Origin: Candidatus Wildermuthbacteria bacterium
GTDB lineage: Bacteria; Patescibacteriota; Minisyncoccia; Minisyncoccales; UBA10102
Length of the DNA stretch: 64,000 nucleotides
Assembly (NCBI GenBank): GCA_016181405.1
Contig: JACOZJ010000002.1
Location: 10,608 to 74,607, forward strand
Direction: 5' to 3'
Of the stretch, positions 62,982 to 64,000 are shown in pieces. The number at the start of each line of letters is the position of its first letter. Within the stretch, counting starts at the first letter, position 1. A program made the position numbers and the translations under genes. The notes under the pieces were generated by a model. That model was not told the DNA's origin. It did no database searches and saw nothing but the letters and a program-made list of their open reading frames with translations.

Positions 62982-63970
62982 ATGTGTGAGTTATGGTAAA
63001 TAATTTGGCTGCCTCCATTTTCAAACTTGCATTTCACCTCCAAAAAATCCTTAAGCTCCCTTCTTACACTTTCCTGCTTCTCCGGGGGAATAAAGAGCAG
63101 CATAAATCCTCCACCGCCCGCTCCCAAAAGCTTTCCGCCGACAGCTCCAACCCTTATTGCCCTTTCATAAAGCACATCTATTTCTGGGGTCGATATCTTA
63201 TCTGTTAAACTTTTTTTCAGCTGCCATGACTCTCCTAGCAATTTCCCAAATTCTGAAATGTTTCTTTGCTCGTCCTGCAAGATGCGTATTCCCTCATTCA
63301 CCATATCGCTCATTTCCTGCAGTTCTTTTTGCTTTTGCGGCGTCTTTTCAATCTGCTCTTTCGCCACTTCCGATGCGTATCGGGAAAATCCCGTGAAATA
63401 AAGAACAATGTGCGACTCCAACTCTTTCCTCCTTGCCTCACTCACGGCCACGGGTTGAACACTCACGTCATTGGTTGCAGAAAACACGAGTTTATTCAAC
63501 CCCCCATATGTGACTGCCACTTGATCTTGGGAGCCAACATTTTCTTTGAGCACGTCCCGTTCCAAATGAATTGCTTCTCTTGCTAATTCCTCCTTTGTAA
63601 CGTTCTGCCCCCGCAAGCCGTGCAAAGCGTGCAGTAAACCCACGGTAAAGGCGGAACTCGACCCCAAACCGGTACGCGCAGGCAAATCTCCATCATGATG
63701 AATAGATAAACCCTTATCAATTTTGAAAAATTCCAAAGCCGCCCTTACGGCAGGATGCAAAATCTCATTAGTATCGTTCACCGTCTCAATCTTGGAATAT
63801 ACAATCCGATGCTTATAGGGGAAAAAAGGCGGAAAATACCGAACGCTCAAATAGCAATACTTGTCTATGGCAGTAGACAACACTTGCCCTCCGTGTTCTT
63901 TAAACCAAACCGGGTAGTCGGTCCCTCCTCCAAAAAAAGATATGCGAAATGGAGTTTTACTGATGATCAT
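62978..63970 (-). CDS. GHMP-family sugar kinase, D-glycero-D-manno-heptose 7-phosphate kinase (HddA)-like
   Basis: MIISKTPFRISFFGGGTDYPVW, LPARTGLGSSSAFTVGLLHAL and GAVGGKLLGAGGGGF. Confidence 0.82.
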   Translation of the reverse strand: MIISKTPFRISFFGGGTDYPVWFKEHGGQVLSTAIDKYCYLSVRYFPPFFPYKHRIVYSKIETVNDTNEILHPAVRAALEFFKIDKGLSIHHDGDLPARTGLGSSSAFTVGLLHALHGLRGQNVTKEELAREAIHLERDVLKENVGSQDQVAVTYGGLNKLVFSATNDVSVQPVAVSEARRKELESHIVLYFTGFSRYASEVAKEQIEKTPQKQKELQEMSDMVNEGIRILQDEQRNISEFGKLLGESWQLKKSLTDKISTPEIDVLYERAIRVGAVGGKLLGAGGGGFMLLFIPPEKQESVRRELKDFLEVKCKFENGGSQIIYHNSHI

Positions 63971-64000
63971 AATGCTCTTTATACCAAGCCATGGTTCTTT
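63957..64000 (-). CDS. 3' end of an upstream gene entering from the right edge (C-terminus resembles an NDP-sugar epimerase/dehydratase)
   Basis: Hand translation gives ...TMAWYKEHYDHQ* with the stop at 63957-63959, overlapping the HddA-like start by 14 nt. Compare the ...FEWYKK* end of 48226-49167. The fragment is very short. Confidence 0.3.
   Translation of the reverse strand, partial: RTMAWYKEHYDHQ

Noticed and set aside
1-64000. Search for CRISPR arrays, rRNA genes, IS elements, transposases, integrases, prophage genes and classical toxin-antitoxin or restriction-modification modules.
   Set aside because: No spaced short repeats, rRNA signatures, or DDE, serine or tyrosine recombinase motifs were seen in any predicted protein or intergenic region. 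The only exact repeats found were the 47-bp pair and the 30-nt terminator hairpin pair.

Overview
The window is a compact bacterial segment transcribed mostly from the minus strand. Genes are tightly packed with many ATGA-type or short overlaps. Gene content resembles small-genome Patescibacteria/CPR-like lineages, but that taxonomic reading is inference only.

The left part (1-26.7 kb) is housekeeping: a partial polytopic membrane protein, tRNA-Gly, an FtsB-like gene, lepA, murJ, RNase P RNA, rnhA, a RecJ-like DHH protein and pgk. It continues with an orphan T4SS-coupling-protein-like ATPase and its membrane partner, a sigma-region-4/HARE-HTH protein, secDF and an IMPase. A Nudix-HIT-Nudix trio, secA, murB, an atypical tRNA, a PIF1-like helicase and a secreted FN3 protein complete this part.

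The right part (26.8-64 kb) is a roughly 37 kb surface-glycan locus. It holds a PglF/CapD-like dehydratase, four DegT aminotransferases plus RfbH, a PglC-like initiating transferase, GT2 x2, GT10, Wzx and several methyltransferases. It also holds rfbF/rfbH, two split-transketolase pairs, a complete GDP-heptose set (GmhA, HddA-like kinase, HddC-GmhB fusion) and a NeuB/NeuA-like ulosonic-acid module.

Observations that are not routine:
1. Six visibly GC-richer genes. Five are plus-strand units whose sigma70-like promoters range from near-consensus to weak or unresolved, each with a strong SD and a GC-hairpin terminator. They encode HAD, Nudix-like x2, IMPase-like and membrane zinc-ribbon proteins. 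One such island abuts a truncated transketolase subunit.
2. A perfect 47-bp direct repeat brackets a serine-hydrolase gene between rnpB and rnhA.
3. A roughly 200-nt structured RNA candidate lies behind a consensus promoter upstream of the helicase.
4. A tRNA-like gene has a 6-bp D-stem and a mismatched anticodon stem.
5. A duplicated terminator and promoter block occurs near 30-31.4 kb.

No CRISPR array, rRNA, transposase or integrase was seen.
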